64,000 bases of DNA from positions 13,828,001 to 13,892,000 of the forward strand of contig NC_087437.1 in the NCBI RefSeq assembly GCF_036321535.1, in the 5' to 3' direction. Under the pieces are notes generated by a model that worked only from the letters and a program-made list of their open reading frames with translations, did not search any database and was not told where the DNA came from. Positions 51,262 through 64,000 of this stretch are shown here, piece by piece. Origin of the DNA: Camelus dromedarius (taxonomy: Eukaryota). Within the stretch, counting starts at the first letter, position 1. The number at the start of each line of letters is the position of its first letter. A program made the position numbers and the translations under genes.

Positions 51262-51893
51262 TGCAGCAGGGGTGGGACGCTATGAGGCTTTCCTGGGACA
51301 GCCCTCTCACCCGTATGTCCTCCTCCTGCCTCTTGTTTATAGAAAAACTTTAGCCACCTAGGCCTTCCCCGAGTTCCAAAGAATACATTTTATCAGAGAC
51401 GTGAGAAAACACAGAAACAAAGAGAAACAGTCAACTAAGACAAAATAGTTTAGCCATTAAACAAATTTAAGGATCTTTAGTTCCTCCTTAAGGACTATAC
51501 ATAATATTCTGAGCCTTATTCTCTTCTAAGTGTTTTGCAGATATTGAAACCCACACCAGGTGAAAGAAGTTAATTGTATGCTGCCCACCAGCATGTAGAT
51601 CCCAGACAGGCTGGAACCAGAAGGTTGATGATGTTGACTCCGGATTACTGCACCACCAAGGAACCAAAGGAATGTCCAGGAGCTGATCACACACCCTACA
51701 ACCTTCTCCCTCACCTTGTCTTTGAAAATCCTTCCCTGAAAGCCACTGGGGAGTCTGGGTCTTTGAGCATTAGCTGCCACATTTCTTGCTTGGCACCTAC
51801 AATAAACGCTGCACTTTCTTTCACCACAACCTACTGTCAGTAGATCGGAATTTTTTTGCGCAGGTAAGTGGACCCAAGTTTCTTTGGGCAACA
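51262..51893 (+). mobile_element. Solo LTR just upstream of the CpG island
   Basis: Collinear with 47370-48015; AATAAA at 51801; ends GGCAACA. The 5' boundary is uncertain. Confidence 0.85.
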
Positions 51894-52819
51894 AACTTTT
51901 TTCCTGGTCCCACCCCTTCAATGCATCTTTCCTTATTGCTGCAATACAGTAAAGTCTACTGTAAGGGTAAATGCAGTCTTTTTCTGTCCCGAGGTAAGGC
52001 AATGGGTCAAGGGTCAGGAAGCAAAAATGTGTAAGAGCCATTGCCTACGTTTTTCATCCTGAAATTGCCATCTCTTAAAAAACGAGCCAACCACTGAAAG
52101 GAATTCCAAAGAAAACACTATTTCCAGATTGCTCTGCAGAGTATTAAATCTCTTATCAGAGACCTTTGACCCTCATAAAATATCCATGCAGGCCACCCTA
52201 CACCACCCCTCTTTTGACATTTGTAGCAGAATCACTTACTCTTGAACTCTATAATCTTGAGAGTTCAGGTCTGAGAGTGGAGCCTGAACTTCTTTAACCA
52301 AACCTTTACCCACAGATGACACATACTGTCACCTCTTTTCTCTAACCTGATTCCCCTCCCCCAGCTTCCATGTATGTTCAGGGAGATGGTACCCAGGGCA
52401 CAGGCTCTGCAGTCAGATTCTTGGACTCAAACACCAAGTCCACTACTGTGGGGAGGGGCCCTCAGTTTATCTGAAAAAAGGATAATTCCTACTTCACAGA
52501 GTATAGGATTAACTAAGCAAACCCATTGACACGTGATGAGTAGACAATAAATGTGAGCTATCAGTATTTTTTTTCTGGCATTCCCACCGGCCAAATGCCG
52601 TAGGCATGTCCAAAGCTTTAGTCTCTGCCACCTCCCAAATCAACCGAAATTTAAACCCTTTTCAGCTACCTTCTGGGTTAGCAAAAGCAAGTGAACCCGC
52701 TGGCTCGCAATCCTGCCAAACCGGGCGGTAGGCTGAGGCTTCTCACTGCCTCGCGGATACTCCATGGCACTTGAAGTCAAGGGCCAGACTGGGTAAACGC
52801 TTTAAAACAGGACTTCAGG

Positions 52820-53600
52820 GGATTAAGTGAGCAACACCCGCACCGCACAACGACCACCCACGGGTCTCAGAGCCACACGCCAGGGGCGTTGCCCTGGGAG
52901 ACCCGGCCAGAGGGGCGTGGCCTCCCAAACGCGCGCGCCTGGGGCGTGGCCTTCTCAGCACGCGCAGAGGGTCGGGTTTCCTTCAAGCGCTGCTGCGTGG
53001 ACTCCGGACCCCACAGCCACCTCGTGATTCTGCGCATGTGTAGCTGCGTTGAGGGAGAGGGGCGGGCGGACCGGCCGGCGGAACGCGGAATTTCCAGGGA
53101 AGGGGACGAATAGGGCGGGGAGGGCGGGGAAACACATGCGAGCGGGCGGGGCTGAAGGCGGAAGAGTAGAAATCAGCTGACCGGGTCTCGTGACGGCCTG
53201 GGCGGGGGCGACGCAGGCGTAGTGGAGCGCGGTCGCTCAAAGCCTGAGCGAAGATGGCGGCCTCCAGAGCGAGCCTCTGAGAGGCAGAGGGAGGAGGCGG
53301 AGGAGGCGGGGAGGCAGCGCCGCTGCGGCACCAGAAACCCGCGGCAGCGGAGCTACAGGGCCCCGCCGGGGAAAAGGGGAAGTGGTGAGGGAGAGGAGGT
53401 GGAGGGCGCCTCATCCCACTCTGGACGCTGAGCCGGCTGCAGGAGGAGCTCGGGCTGGAGCCTCTCCAGCCTCCCACGAAGGTAAACCACTACGTGCATC
53501 GGACCCTGGGGCTCCGCTTTAATCCGTCGCCACCCCGCGGGGACTTGGGGGACGAAGGACAGGGAAAAAGAGGGGTGGTGTCTTGGCCGCCACAGCCTCC
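52820..53600 (+). promoter_or_regulatory. DNAJC13: CpG-island promoter of the downstream gene
   Basis: Sharp rise in GC and CpG content. Multiple SP/KLF boxes (GGGGCGTGGC twice, several GGGCGG), NRF1-like TGCGCATGTG at 53031, YY1 AAGATGGCGGC at 53251, no TATA box. Gene identity is inferred from ACP3-DNAJC13 synteny. Confidence 0.8.
53240..53481 (+). other. DNAJC13: Non-coding first exon (start approximate); intron 1 runs past the window end
   Basis: Lies inside the CpG island and ends at donor GAAG|gtaaac (53481/53482). No DNAJC13 coding exon (MNIIRENK...) found downstream within the window. Confidence 0.65.
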
Positions 53601-55589
53601 AGCAGTTAAGGAAAGCAGCTTACCCTCCCCCCAGGCTGCTGGTCTGGTTCTTCTCCTTGGACCCCTCCGTCCCTTCCGGCTGAGTGACATTCGTCCAGAG
53701 CCCTACCTTGTTCAGCCCCACCTTCTTTTTGCCTTGTTTTCCGTTCACCACGGTCCCCCCAGTCCTCCGCACATCCTTGCCCCACACACCCCTTATTCCT
53801 CTCTGGGCTCCGCCCTCGGGATTCCCTTCTAGCCTCCTAGTCTGAGCACTCTTCCTGCGGCGTGCCGGCAGCTCTTGTTTCCTTGGGTCAGCGACCCTCC
53901 TTCCTCCCATGTCCCGCGTAGATTTGGACTTTATTCGCTTAGCTTTGTTTCGTTTTATTAGGAGATGGGGAGTACCCGCGTCTGTTTCTTCTCTAGCCCC
54001 TCCCTTTTCCAAAATCAAGTTTTTCCCCGGGGCTTTTCCTTCCTGCAGGGTAGCTTATTCACACTGGCCTTTCTTCCGCTGCTGATTTTGTTCCTGAATG
54101 CGGCCTTTGGAATCGGTGAAATAGGACTTAGACGCTCAGTGAAGTGGCTGTTAAACGCGGATTTGACTTGGTACACTTAGGAAGTGTGCCTTCCCTTAAA
54201 TTGTGTCCATGTTGTAGGCTGTTAAGATAACCATTCTAGTCTGAGATTGATTCCTTTGTCACTTGCTTAGGGTGGAAAATTTAAAATCTCTCCGAAATGT
54301 GGCGATGGTTTCCCGAAGTAGTAAGTGCTGTTTCCCTCTCTGCTCTTCCCTTTGACCCAGCCCTGATTCCCCTCTTCCTGATGCTGTTGCCACACCGTGA
54401 GGGACTTTATACTGTAGGGTTATTTTGAGCGTCTTGGAGTGTAGTGTCTTTGGGAAACAGTTAAATTTCAGACTGTTTCTTCAGGACCTGTCCTGAAGAT
54501 TGCCTTACTGTGTTTTCGTTCTCACTTTATGGATCTGGTAGATTTCTAGGTTTGAAAGTACTGTCTGCAGAGTTTGAGGAAATTACTCACAGAGGTCAGG
54601 TTCATTACTAGTACTCTCTGAGTTTATGGGAATATGAAACAGTACTTGCCTTAAACAAAAAAAGAAAGAAACTTTAGAAAACTACTTGTCAGTGATTGGG
54701 TGTCCTAAAAAGACTTGATTTCACTATTCTTTGGAAAGTGCTTTACTGTGTGACATAGTTTAGAATATAAGGTAAGACCTTGTTAGCATTTTAAATATAA
54801 TGTGAGATCATGTTTAAGCAGCTATATCTCAAACTTTGCTTTTGCTATTAGTATTACAATGGAATATAAGCCCATCCTTGTTTAGAAGATACTACTTTAT
54901 ACTACTAGTTTGAAAACAGGAAGTAGAACATTAAGGGAGGAAAAGAAGAGTCAGGGGGTTATTAAGAGAGAGGAATGTAAAGCTTTAGTGCAGTTCATGG
55001 AAAATACCCCCTTTTGTATTCCACTGGGAGGTAATGGATATTCCTCTTTTTCTAAAGTGGCAGTATATAGTCTAAGATGTGTGAATGTTATCAGGGAAAA
55101 AGTTACGGAATCATGGGAAGCATGAGTTATAAGAATTAACTTTATCCACAAATAAAAGGTGGTTGCTTAGGTGGAGTGAAACAATACTGGCTTTATTAAG
55201 TTTGTAAAAAGGTTGCTGGTGGAGTCTGGTTCTCAATAGATACTAAGTTACAGTTGAAATAAGAATTTGACTAATTTGGCTCCATTCCTCAACCAGTTCT
55301 ATTCACACAGGTGCCTTTGAGCTTTGCATCACATATAAATTCCCCCTTTTTCTGTGATTTAAGTACTTAAAATTAATAAAATAGCAGCAAGTCTATGCAG
55401 ATAAGCTAGCAAAAATTTTGTTGCTACTAACAGTTTTAGGCCTAACTTTAGTTCATTGTAATGTTTAGCAGTGGTTAAAGGGGAGTTGTTTTGAAAGAGA
55501 TCCTTTAACTCAAGTGTTTTTCAACTTTCATCAAACCCAGTAAAGACTCCCTTTTTATTTTAAATAATTGGTAACACCTCCTTTTACTA

Positions 55590-57370
55590 TCCTGAAATAG
55601 TTTGTAAATAATATAACCACCTTCTGGCTTTGGCCCTGGGACAAAAAGAAGCTTTGCTTCCACTATTACAACAGAAAAGAACTGAACTAACTTCAAATTT
55701 ATGACTTTTTTGAAACCTATTAAAGAGCTGAGGCCATAGAGCAAACCACTGGCTCAACATTTAAGGAGAGAAAAAGTAGATACGAATTTATATTCACCTT
55801 CATTTAACACAGCTGGACAATGGTAAAAAGAGTTCAGCTAGAATAGCTGATAAGTTGATGAAGGCTGACCACACCTTCTTCCAGTCTCTTTATCTACGAA
55901 CCTCACTGGGTACTCCTAGAAAAGATTTGAAATGAGCCCTGGGGAGTGACTCTTTTGGTGCTGACTTAGAGGAGGGGAAGAGCAACAGAGCTTTCAGGAG
56001 GGGCAAGAAGCTCTGCTCTGACCCACCTCATCTCTTCTATGTACCCTTAATATTTGGAGAGAAGGGCATCTCTGCTAGCAGGCCCTGTTGTTGAGCATTC
56101 ATTGATCTGGGGGGAGACAAGAGAAGGGAGAAAGACTCTTTTCTGCGAGAGGGGCACTGAGCCCAAAACTGTGGCCTGAGGAAACAGGAGGATCACACCC
56201 CTGAGATCCAAAGACACTGTATGCCTAAGACTAAAGCTTAATCAGAACAAACTGTACCTCCAACCTCCTGGCACCAAGAAGCTCTGAATAACAAGTAACT
56301 GCAGAATACTACTAGAAGAACAAGATTATAGAAAGAGGCATAGGGCAAAGAATCAAATAGACATTGCTTTAGTAAACCATCCGCCACCATAGGAACGAGC
56401 TCTTCTGTAGATATTTGAAGCCTCTGGTACACTGAGAATAACCATAGCAACAGCAAATCATAAACCCAGTCCAATTTGTAAACAGATTAACGCCCTATAC
56501 TGAAGACCTAGCAAAGAAAAGGTGTGCCCATTTTCAGTCGCAAAAATTATTTACCTGTGTCTCTGCTGTTCTATACAACATGTCCAGCTTTCAACAACAA
56601 CAAAAAAATTATGAGGCATACAAAAGGCAAAAAACCATTCCCAAGAGAAAGAGCAATCATCAGAACTACTTTAATATAAATGCTTTATCTGGTAAGGAAT
56701 TTAAAATGCCTGTAATTACGTTAAAGGTATGAAAAAAGTGAGCAACATACAAGATCAGAGAGGTAATTTCAGCTTAGAGTTAGAAACTATACGAAGAATC
56801 AAAAGGAAATGGTAGAAATTTCATTATGTATTAAAAAAATACAAAATGCCTTTAGGCTCATGTATAGATTTGACACAACCAAGAAAAGAATCAGTGAACT
56901 TGTAGATGTCAGTAGAAATTACCCAAGTACAAAAAAAAAAGTTTGAAAAAAGAGCATCCAAGAGCTTGGGGATAATATCAAACATTTAATATACGAATAG
57001 TTGGAATCCCAAGAGAAAAGAGCAGAAATGTTGAAATATTTGAAGAAATAATACAGAATTTCCCCAAATTAATGTCCGCATCAAACCACAGATCTAAGAA
57101 GCTTAGAGAACATCAAGCAGGATAAATAACTACCCCTAAAATAACCTACACAAAACATACCTAGACATAGTGAATTCAAACTGATGTAAACAAAAGGCAA
57201 AGAGAAACTCTTGGAAGTAGCCAAAGGGAAACATTCTATACAGAGGAACAAAGTGAGAGTTACAACAGAGAAACAAGAAAACTGAGTGACAACTTTAAAG
57301 TACTAAAAGAAGAAACAGTAAAAATCTTTCAAAAAAGAAGGCAAAATATAGATACTCTGAAAAGCCATGA
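55590..57370 (+). mobile_element. Ancient L1 5' region and ORF1 remnant in intron 1
   Basis: A-rich degenerate ORF1 motifs (AAGAATCAGTGAACTTG.AGAT, GGAATCCCA, CAGATC.AAGAAGCT.AGAGAAC). Confidence 0.75.
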
Positions 57371-60300
57371 GAATTCAGAGTATAATCTCTCAGTTTACAT
57401 ATGTGCATTCCTGGAAAATCGTGTGTGTATTAAACTGCAAAACATAATTTGTGATTTATATTTAAATAAAACTAAGTTCTGCGATTAAATATAAATAGGC
57501 TTTTACCTACGTGAATGACTGCTTGGATATTTGAAAGTCACTTGAGGATAATTTGTGGGACTGTCTTGTACTTTGAGGAGGTATCTAGCCCTTGTACTAA
57601 GTCCTAGTAATGTTTTTAATCATAGTGTTTCTTGTGGGGCAGCATTCCCCTCCTTCCCCAACCCCTACTTTAATTCAAAATTTTAATCAGTGATTTTCAA
57701 CACATTTTTCTGCTTCAGCAGGGTTCACATGAGCTCAGTACGTGCCAGGCAATAACGTCTCTTGTCCTATGATGTCATTCTAGTTCTGGGAACTTCTTTA
57801 AACATCTTTTTTTTTTTTTTTTTTTTTAGGGTATATCTTTGTAGCAAGTAAATTAAGCCAATGCGATTATGATCATTTTTGTTAACTTAAGACACAGTTA
57901 CCTGTGCAGAGTACATTTAAGTATGGTTCAGTCAGTAAAACCAAACATAATTTGCCAGTAGTTCTTTTCTGATGCTCTTAACTATTCAGCAGCCTACATA
58001 TTTGAGTTTTACTTGTACATTTATGGACTACTTAAGATTGAATGGTCTCTAAAATCTAAAATCAGTGGGATTTTTTTATTTTTTTTTTATAGTTTCAGCA
58101 CTTCAAATTGCCCTTAGAAGTAGACCACACTGCTTAAGCAATGTTCACATATATAGCACATACCATTGGTAATATCTTTTTTTGCAGTTGTGAGTAATAA
58201 TTTGACCGTTTGTTGAACAGATTGAAAACAAAACTCCTAAAGCAATCAAAAATAATTATCTTAATGTTCTGATTTTGTCTGAGTTCAGTTGCCAGAACAT
58301 AATGGAAGGGTTGGCAAGGTTATGAATGTAGGAGACTTTCTGTAATACTTAATAAATTCTATACTAATTATATTAAAAGTTAAATTCTTACACTAGTGCT
58401 ATAGGGTTTCGCTCTCCCTCAGACTTCGTCAAGATACAGGATGTATTTGATGTTTATCAAATCTTAGAGTAGAAAAGCCATTTCCCTCCCCAAACTTACC
58501 AGCTGCTGGGTTTGATTTTAAAAGTGAAATTTTCCTTTTTTAAGTTAACTGGTAGATTTGGGAGTTTTCTATAAACTGTGGAGCATTATGGCAGACTTAG
58601 GAATAGGGATATTTCTGAAAGAGCCAAGCTAGAAGCCTACATGTTGTTGCTATTTTGTATCGGGTAAAAGAAAGGGAAATTGTAGCCACTTAAACCCTTT
58701 GGTTTTTGAAACTTACTATTATAAAGAGAACAAGGTTTGGATATTAAGATGCTTACTGTAAAACTTTTTTCAAGTTATATTTGTTACTTGTTTAGGAAAT
58801 TTAGTCCCCCATTTTGCATTTACTATAATGATAAGAAAAACAAGTTAAAATGTGGCAATTGAAAATCTCTTTTACCATTAGGGTCTACTTAGCATAACAG
58901 AGCAAGATTATTAAGTTCCTATGAGCTGAAGAACAGTTTATTGAGCAGCATTACATTTTGTTCTTGCATGAACTACATTAGACTCAAAGAGAAAATGAAA
59001 TAGAAATTATGTCTAAAAAGTTTTAAGAAAGTATACGAACTAAAAATATGTAAATGATCAATACCACAGATTTCACAGAATTGCTTGAGAGAACACATTT
59101 CTTAGGTTTTTCTTTTTCCCCAAGTGAATATTTCAAGGTATTTTTTAAGTTTTGAAAAGGGAAGAGTCCTAACCATGTGTATTTCCTGGAAAAAAATAAT
59201 ATTTTTTCTTTTTACATCAGATAGAGGTTTGTTTTGTGAGAAATAAGAATTATTCCCTCAGATGGACTCTAAAATTTGAAGAGATAGGTATCTTTTTCAA
59301 TATTTGATTTGCATTGAAAAGAAAAGACCAACCAAAGTAACGGCTGTAGTATGTATGCTTGCTTTTCCCCGCACTGAGATCATGGTAAATGTTCTTCAGA
59401 TTTAGGGGGTTGCTTTACTTATTTATTTATGGTTCTTTTTGGGAGGAGGGTAATTAGGTTTATTCATTCAGTTTTCTATTTTTTTAATGGAAGTGCTGGG
59501 GATTGTTTTTGAATTTCTCTTGCCCTTTTATTTCATGAATATATATTCAGTTTCTAATTGGAAAGGAATGGAATTTTTAAAGAGAATGGGATCTTAGATT
59601 TTTTGCGCTACCCTGTGGTGGCGGAAGTATGTGAAAGTTCATTTTGATGTGGCAGGCAATGTAAAGGTTTCAGTATTATAACTTTGGGGCAATTACTTGG
59701 AGATATGATTGTCAGCTGAAATTTGGTATTACTACTGGCTTTCTTCTCTAACAACACATTTCTCTAGAGTTACCGGGTTCTTCAACAAGTTAAGAAAGCT
59801 AAGGTAGGGTGTACTAAACCTTTGTGATCTATTTTGTAGCTGTTTAAAGATCCCTGTGTGGGGGGTGTCATATACATTACATGTTCCTGATTGTTGTGTA
59901 TTTAGAAGGAAATGCTTTTGCCTATACTTGAGTTATATATTAAAAGATGAAAATTAAAAATTAAAGAAGAGGGCTAAAGTTCATACCCATTTTCTCTCAT
60001 ACACAGCACATTCTAAGGCATTCTAGTTGTAGCTTTTTAATCTGGGTAAAAATTAATGTTCTGTTAACCATTTATTTTTTTTACCTTTTATTTGAAACTA
60101 TACTAACTTAGTGACATAATTTATTCAGGTTTTGAATCCACTTACAAGTCAAACTAGGTCTTAAGAAGCCAGTAATAAGGGATTCTCTCTTCAGTCATTA
60201 CTCAGGATTAGTTTTTGCCTTAGCGATGGTTCTCCTTCCCTCTGCATTTTCAGTAGTGTATAGATACATGAGGAAGTATCAAGTTCGTAAATCAGTTTCT

Positions 60301-62270
60301 GTTATGTGAATATCTTATCATATTTTCAGGTGTAGCTTCACAATGTAGCAGAAAAAGTGTGAGAGAGTGGTCAGAAAATAAAAGCAAATGCAGTTTTCCC
60401 CCAACATATAAGTTTTCACCTGCAACCAAGTTGAAGGAACTTTATATTACACACCCGTACACTCGCCTCCAAGATTTTCACATTAACAGTTTACTGTATT
60501 TCTTCATCACATCTCTATCCATCTTATTTTTGATGCATTTCAAGACAAGTTCATGCCTTAAATTTATTACTTGAGGGCAGATTTAATGATGAAAGAACAA
60601 ATTCTTTCATTGTACAGATTCAAAGTTGAAAAAGTAGTATCTTATCTGCTCTCGAAGTTGTCATATTTGTATAAAAATCACTTCCACTTGGTTATGAAAA
60701 ATATATGCTTTGGAGGCAAATAGCCATGATTAAAGCCAATTCATTCATTCACTAGTGTATTATTTTTCTGAGTATACTCATTCATCACTGGCTAAATAAG
60801 TGCTCCGTTTGAGTTTTTACTTAACACAAGCCATGCACATACACAATTTTGCTGTGTGTGCAAATTCTTTTGCTTATAGCCTGGCTGTAATGTGCTTGGG
60901 TGCCTGTAGTGTCGAGTCCTTTCATCCTGCTTTTTGTTCTAGGTATCTGTTTAATCAGTGGACTCTCAAATACTGCAATTTTGTGTCAAAATCATGTCAT
61001 CCAAAAGATCATTCTTATTTTATCCATAAATGATCTTAAATGGATTGCAAGTTTTGCTGCCAGTAATAGATTAGAGAATGTGAGAACATTTAAGAGTTAT
61101 TCGAAAGCATGAAGCAAGGGATCTCACTGAAAAAGATGAATCTAGCCAAAATGCCTGTGTTGCTTTGAATTTGACTTTTTAACCCTTAGTACAGTTCTTT
61201 TTAAAGAACAAGTTGAGAAGTTGCAGAAAAGCTCTGGTGGTGGTGTAATATTAGGATGTAGAATGAATAGTGAAGCCAATGTGCAAAAATTAAGAGACAC
61301 TTCCAATGTGACTTAGTTACAAAGGGTGTGCAAACTTGGGTGGTTCTCATCAAAAAGAAGTATGGTTTTGAGAATTTGGCTACTACTGTGGGAATGAAGG
61401 AGATGATATTTAATCAATAATTAGCTTGAACAGATAAATTCCTGCTAATCTGGATAGCACCTCTACAACTGGCAGGGTGGCGAATGCTGGTGATTGATAC
61501 AGCTGCTACCAGTATCTGATCCAATAATTTTTGTACTTTTTTAGCTAGATAGTTCATTTATAAAATGTGCCTGTAAATGACTGTTAGGCTATGTTACCTG
61601 CTTGATGCAAGAAATTCTGCACATTTTTCATTACTCTTAATGGGAATTATGATTACTGAAGAACTTTTGCCTATAAGCAACAATTTTAGAACCATTTTTA
61701 GAGGTACTGAATGAGGATTAAAATATTTTTATGGAGGGAAGTTCTTTTTTCCAAAAGTTTTAGAAACCATAACTTGTAGGCATCAAACATGAATTTAAAA
61801 ATATTAGCTTGGTTTCATGTAAAGAAACATTTCTAATAATTGAAATTCCAAATGTCTAAATGGCAGATATTTAAAATGTAGTAAATAAGATTGACTTGCA
61901 AAATAATAGTATTTTTGGTAGGAATAAAGTTGAAATATAAGCTTATAGTTGACTTAAGATAATTTTTTAAAAATGTGGTTATCTTGGCTTATTTTCTATG
62001 TTTTTTCTTTTTAAAAACATTTTAGGAAAGCTGAATTGCAAAGAATTAAAATAATAGTAGCACCCTCATGTAGTCCACCCAGTTTAAGATATATGTTGGT
62101 ATAGTTATTTTTGAGTGTGTGGGCAAAAACTATGAATACTGATTAAATCACTAAAATACTATATTTTTCCCTCAAATGCTGTACTTTTGAAGGTAGAAAT
62201 TCTAGGTGAAACTACATTGGTGATGTACACTGAATAGTATAAGGGTTGAAGTAAAAGACTTAGAATCAAA

Positions 62271-62444
62271 TTATTTATTTATTTATTTTTAAATTTAAAA
62301 AATTTTTTTTTGTTTTTATTTGGGGGGTAATTAGGTTTGTTTATTTATTATTTGTTTTGTTTTTAGAAGAGATACTGGAGATTGAACCCAGGACCTCCTG
62401 CATACTAAGCATGCACTCTTCCACTTAAACTATACCCTTCCCCC
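62271..62444 (-). mobile_element. Vic-1-like SINE (a 3' fragment of the same family lies at about 59415-59505)
   Basis: Reverse complement GGGGAAGGGTATAGTTTAAGTGGAAGAGTGCATGCTTAGTATGCAGGAGGTCCTGGGTTCAATC plus the AAACCTAATTACCCCCC tail. Confidence 0.85.
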
Positions 62445-64000
62445 GGATCAAGTAATAAAATAATAACTTTCTCCCCAAAATGCCTTAAGAAGTACAGGGG
62501 CCTGTAAGTGAAGCTGAAAACGAAAGCTGTAATAGAAATGCTCAAAAGAACTATTGCACATCTGGGGTAGTATATTCAGAGAACAGTAGTAATAATTATG
62601 ATTGCAGTTAATATTTTTGAGTGTTTATCTGAGCCAGACATTACACTAACCTCTTTATTCGAGTTATCTCACTTAGTCCCCACCACAGCTCTTTGAGACA
62701 GGTACTGTCATCCCTAATTTTATAGATGAACTGTGATTCTGAGAAGCTAAGAAACTTCCGTTCAGAGTCATGCAGCCAGCAAATGGCAGTTGTCACTAGT
62801 CTGTCTTTGCCCGTGAGTAATGTTTCTTAAATTCACCTTTTTTACCTTTTGATAGCTGGAGTATTAAAAGCACTTCAGTGTGTGTATTACTGACACTAGC
62901 TTCTTGTGCTTTTCATTAGTTCATGATTAGTGTGCGGGATAGCAGATCTGGTATCGGTGCTACAGAGGGGTGTTCCAGGTGGATCTTCCCAGATTCAGTC
63001 ATCACTCCACCACTGCACCTGGAGAAGCCCTAGACTTGCCGTTACTCATTTTCCAATGGTTCTCTTGAAGCTGTTCCAATTCTCACTTCGAATGATACAT
63101 AGTCATGTACAGAAAATTCTTGTCCTATTTTTTCTGCATTTTTCTGATATTTGTGTATTACCATTATCTGCTAGTAAGTTATCTGTACGTCTAGAAGTAT
63201 CCTCAGGGTTTGAAAGAGTTAATGCAGTTTCCAGAGCAATTTCCTTCAGTAGATGAAATGACCTTATCACAGAGTGGTTGAGGTTTTACTGAATATGTAA
63301 AATAGATTTACTTGAAATTTTGGAGAGGTTTTTATATTACACCCTTGGGAAGTAAGTCCCAGCCTCAGATCTTACTAAGTTAAAAATAGTATTTTTCTAG
63401 AGTTCTAAACTGTTCTTAGAAACAGTGAACAGTACATACATGTAAGTTTTAGAACAGTTTTCTCTCTCAATGAGTTGCTTTTCTTAGGATAAACTTTATT
63501 TACCCTAAAAAACAAATTTAAAAAATAGTGTTTTTCTGTTGTTGAACTCTCCTTAAAGACTGTCCTGAAATCATATATTAGTAGCAAATTTCTGTTGTCA
63601 TGTGTTTGTTTTGAACACTTTGTTTGAAAAAAGATTTTTAAGCTTATTTAAAAAGTTTATTTTTTACATGGTAGAGTATTTCAGCCTTGAAGGCTTCCTT
63701 TTTTAATTTTGTTCTATGTTGAACATAGCAATTTGTTTCACTACTTGAAATTCTGTGTTTCAAAGTTGTTTTCCAATGTATGCTTAATCGTACTTCCAGA
63801 TAAAGATAATAATTGGAACTAGTTCTTAATTAATCTAGGAATGTGCTGCCAGTGATGTCTGTAATTACATGGTCAGAATGAATTTTATTTTTATTTTCCA
63901 AATTTGAGGGGGAGGTATTACAGGTTAGCTGAAGTACATAGTGTGAGTTAAGCAGGCTAAGTTCAAAAGCCTGGCCCAGTCACTTACCAATTGTTATGAC

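Noticed and set aside
52827..54018. Overlapping ORFs of 60-164 aa in the CpG island
   Set aside because: Expected from stop-codon scarcity in GC-rich DNA; low-complexity products.
62930..63256. 108-aa ORF and coding-like composition in intron 1
   Set aside because: Non-ATG start, no splice signals framing it and no recognisable protein in the frames I translated on either strand; an ancient repeat cannot be excluded without a search.
1..64000. CRISPR arrays, operons or other prokaryotic systems
   Set aside because: The sequence is spliced eukaryotic DNA; I saw no regularly spaced repeat-spacer array.

Overview
Mammalian genomic DNA, most likely a camelid (it carries tRNA-Ala-derived Vic-1-like SINEs). 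The first 25.6 kb hold the 3' part of ACP3/ACPP (prostatic acid phosphatase) on the + strand. I traced seven coding exons (human exons 5-11) with GT-AG boundaries and consistent phases, covering both the secreted C-terminus (stop 15947) and the transmembrane/YGNI last exon (24987-25105). An intergenic stretch (about 26-52.8 kb) follows, rich in L1s, four solo ERV1-type LTRs and DNA transposon fossils. Then come a CpG-island promoter, a non-coding first exon and the start of intron 1 of a + strand gene, by synteny most likely DNAJC13; none of its coding sequence is in the window. I cannot show a wholly new biological system here. The best leads are a near-consensus CTCF motif written into ACP3 exon 9 codons, a perfect TISU/YY1 element that starts an 8-codon uORF, a solo LTR with a perfect splice donor 1.4 kb upstream of the promoter, a perfect hairpin over the secreted-isoform poly(A) site, an L1 with a swapped 3' end, and possible relic exons of a decayed secreted-protein gene. 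Repeat family names and human comparisons are from memory, not database searches.
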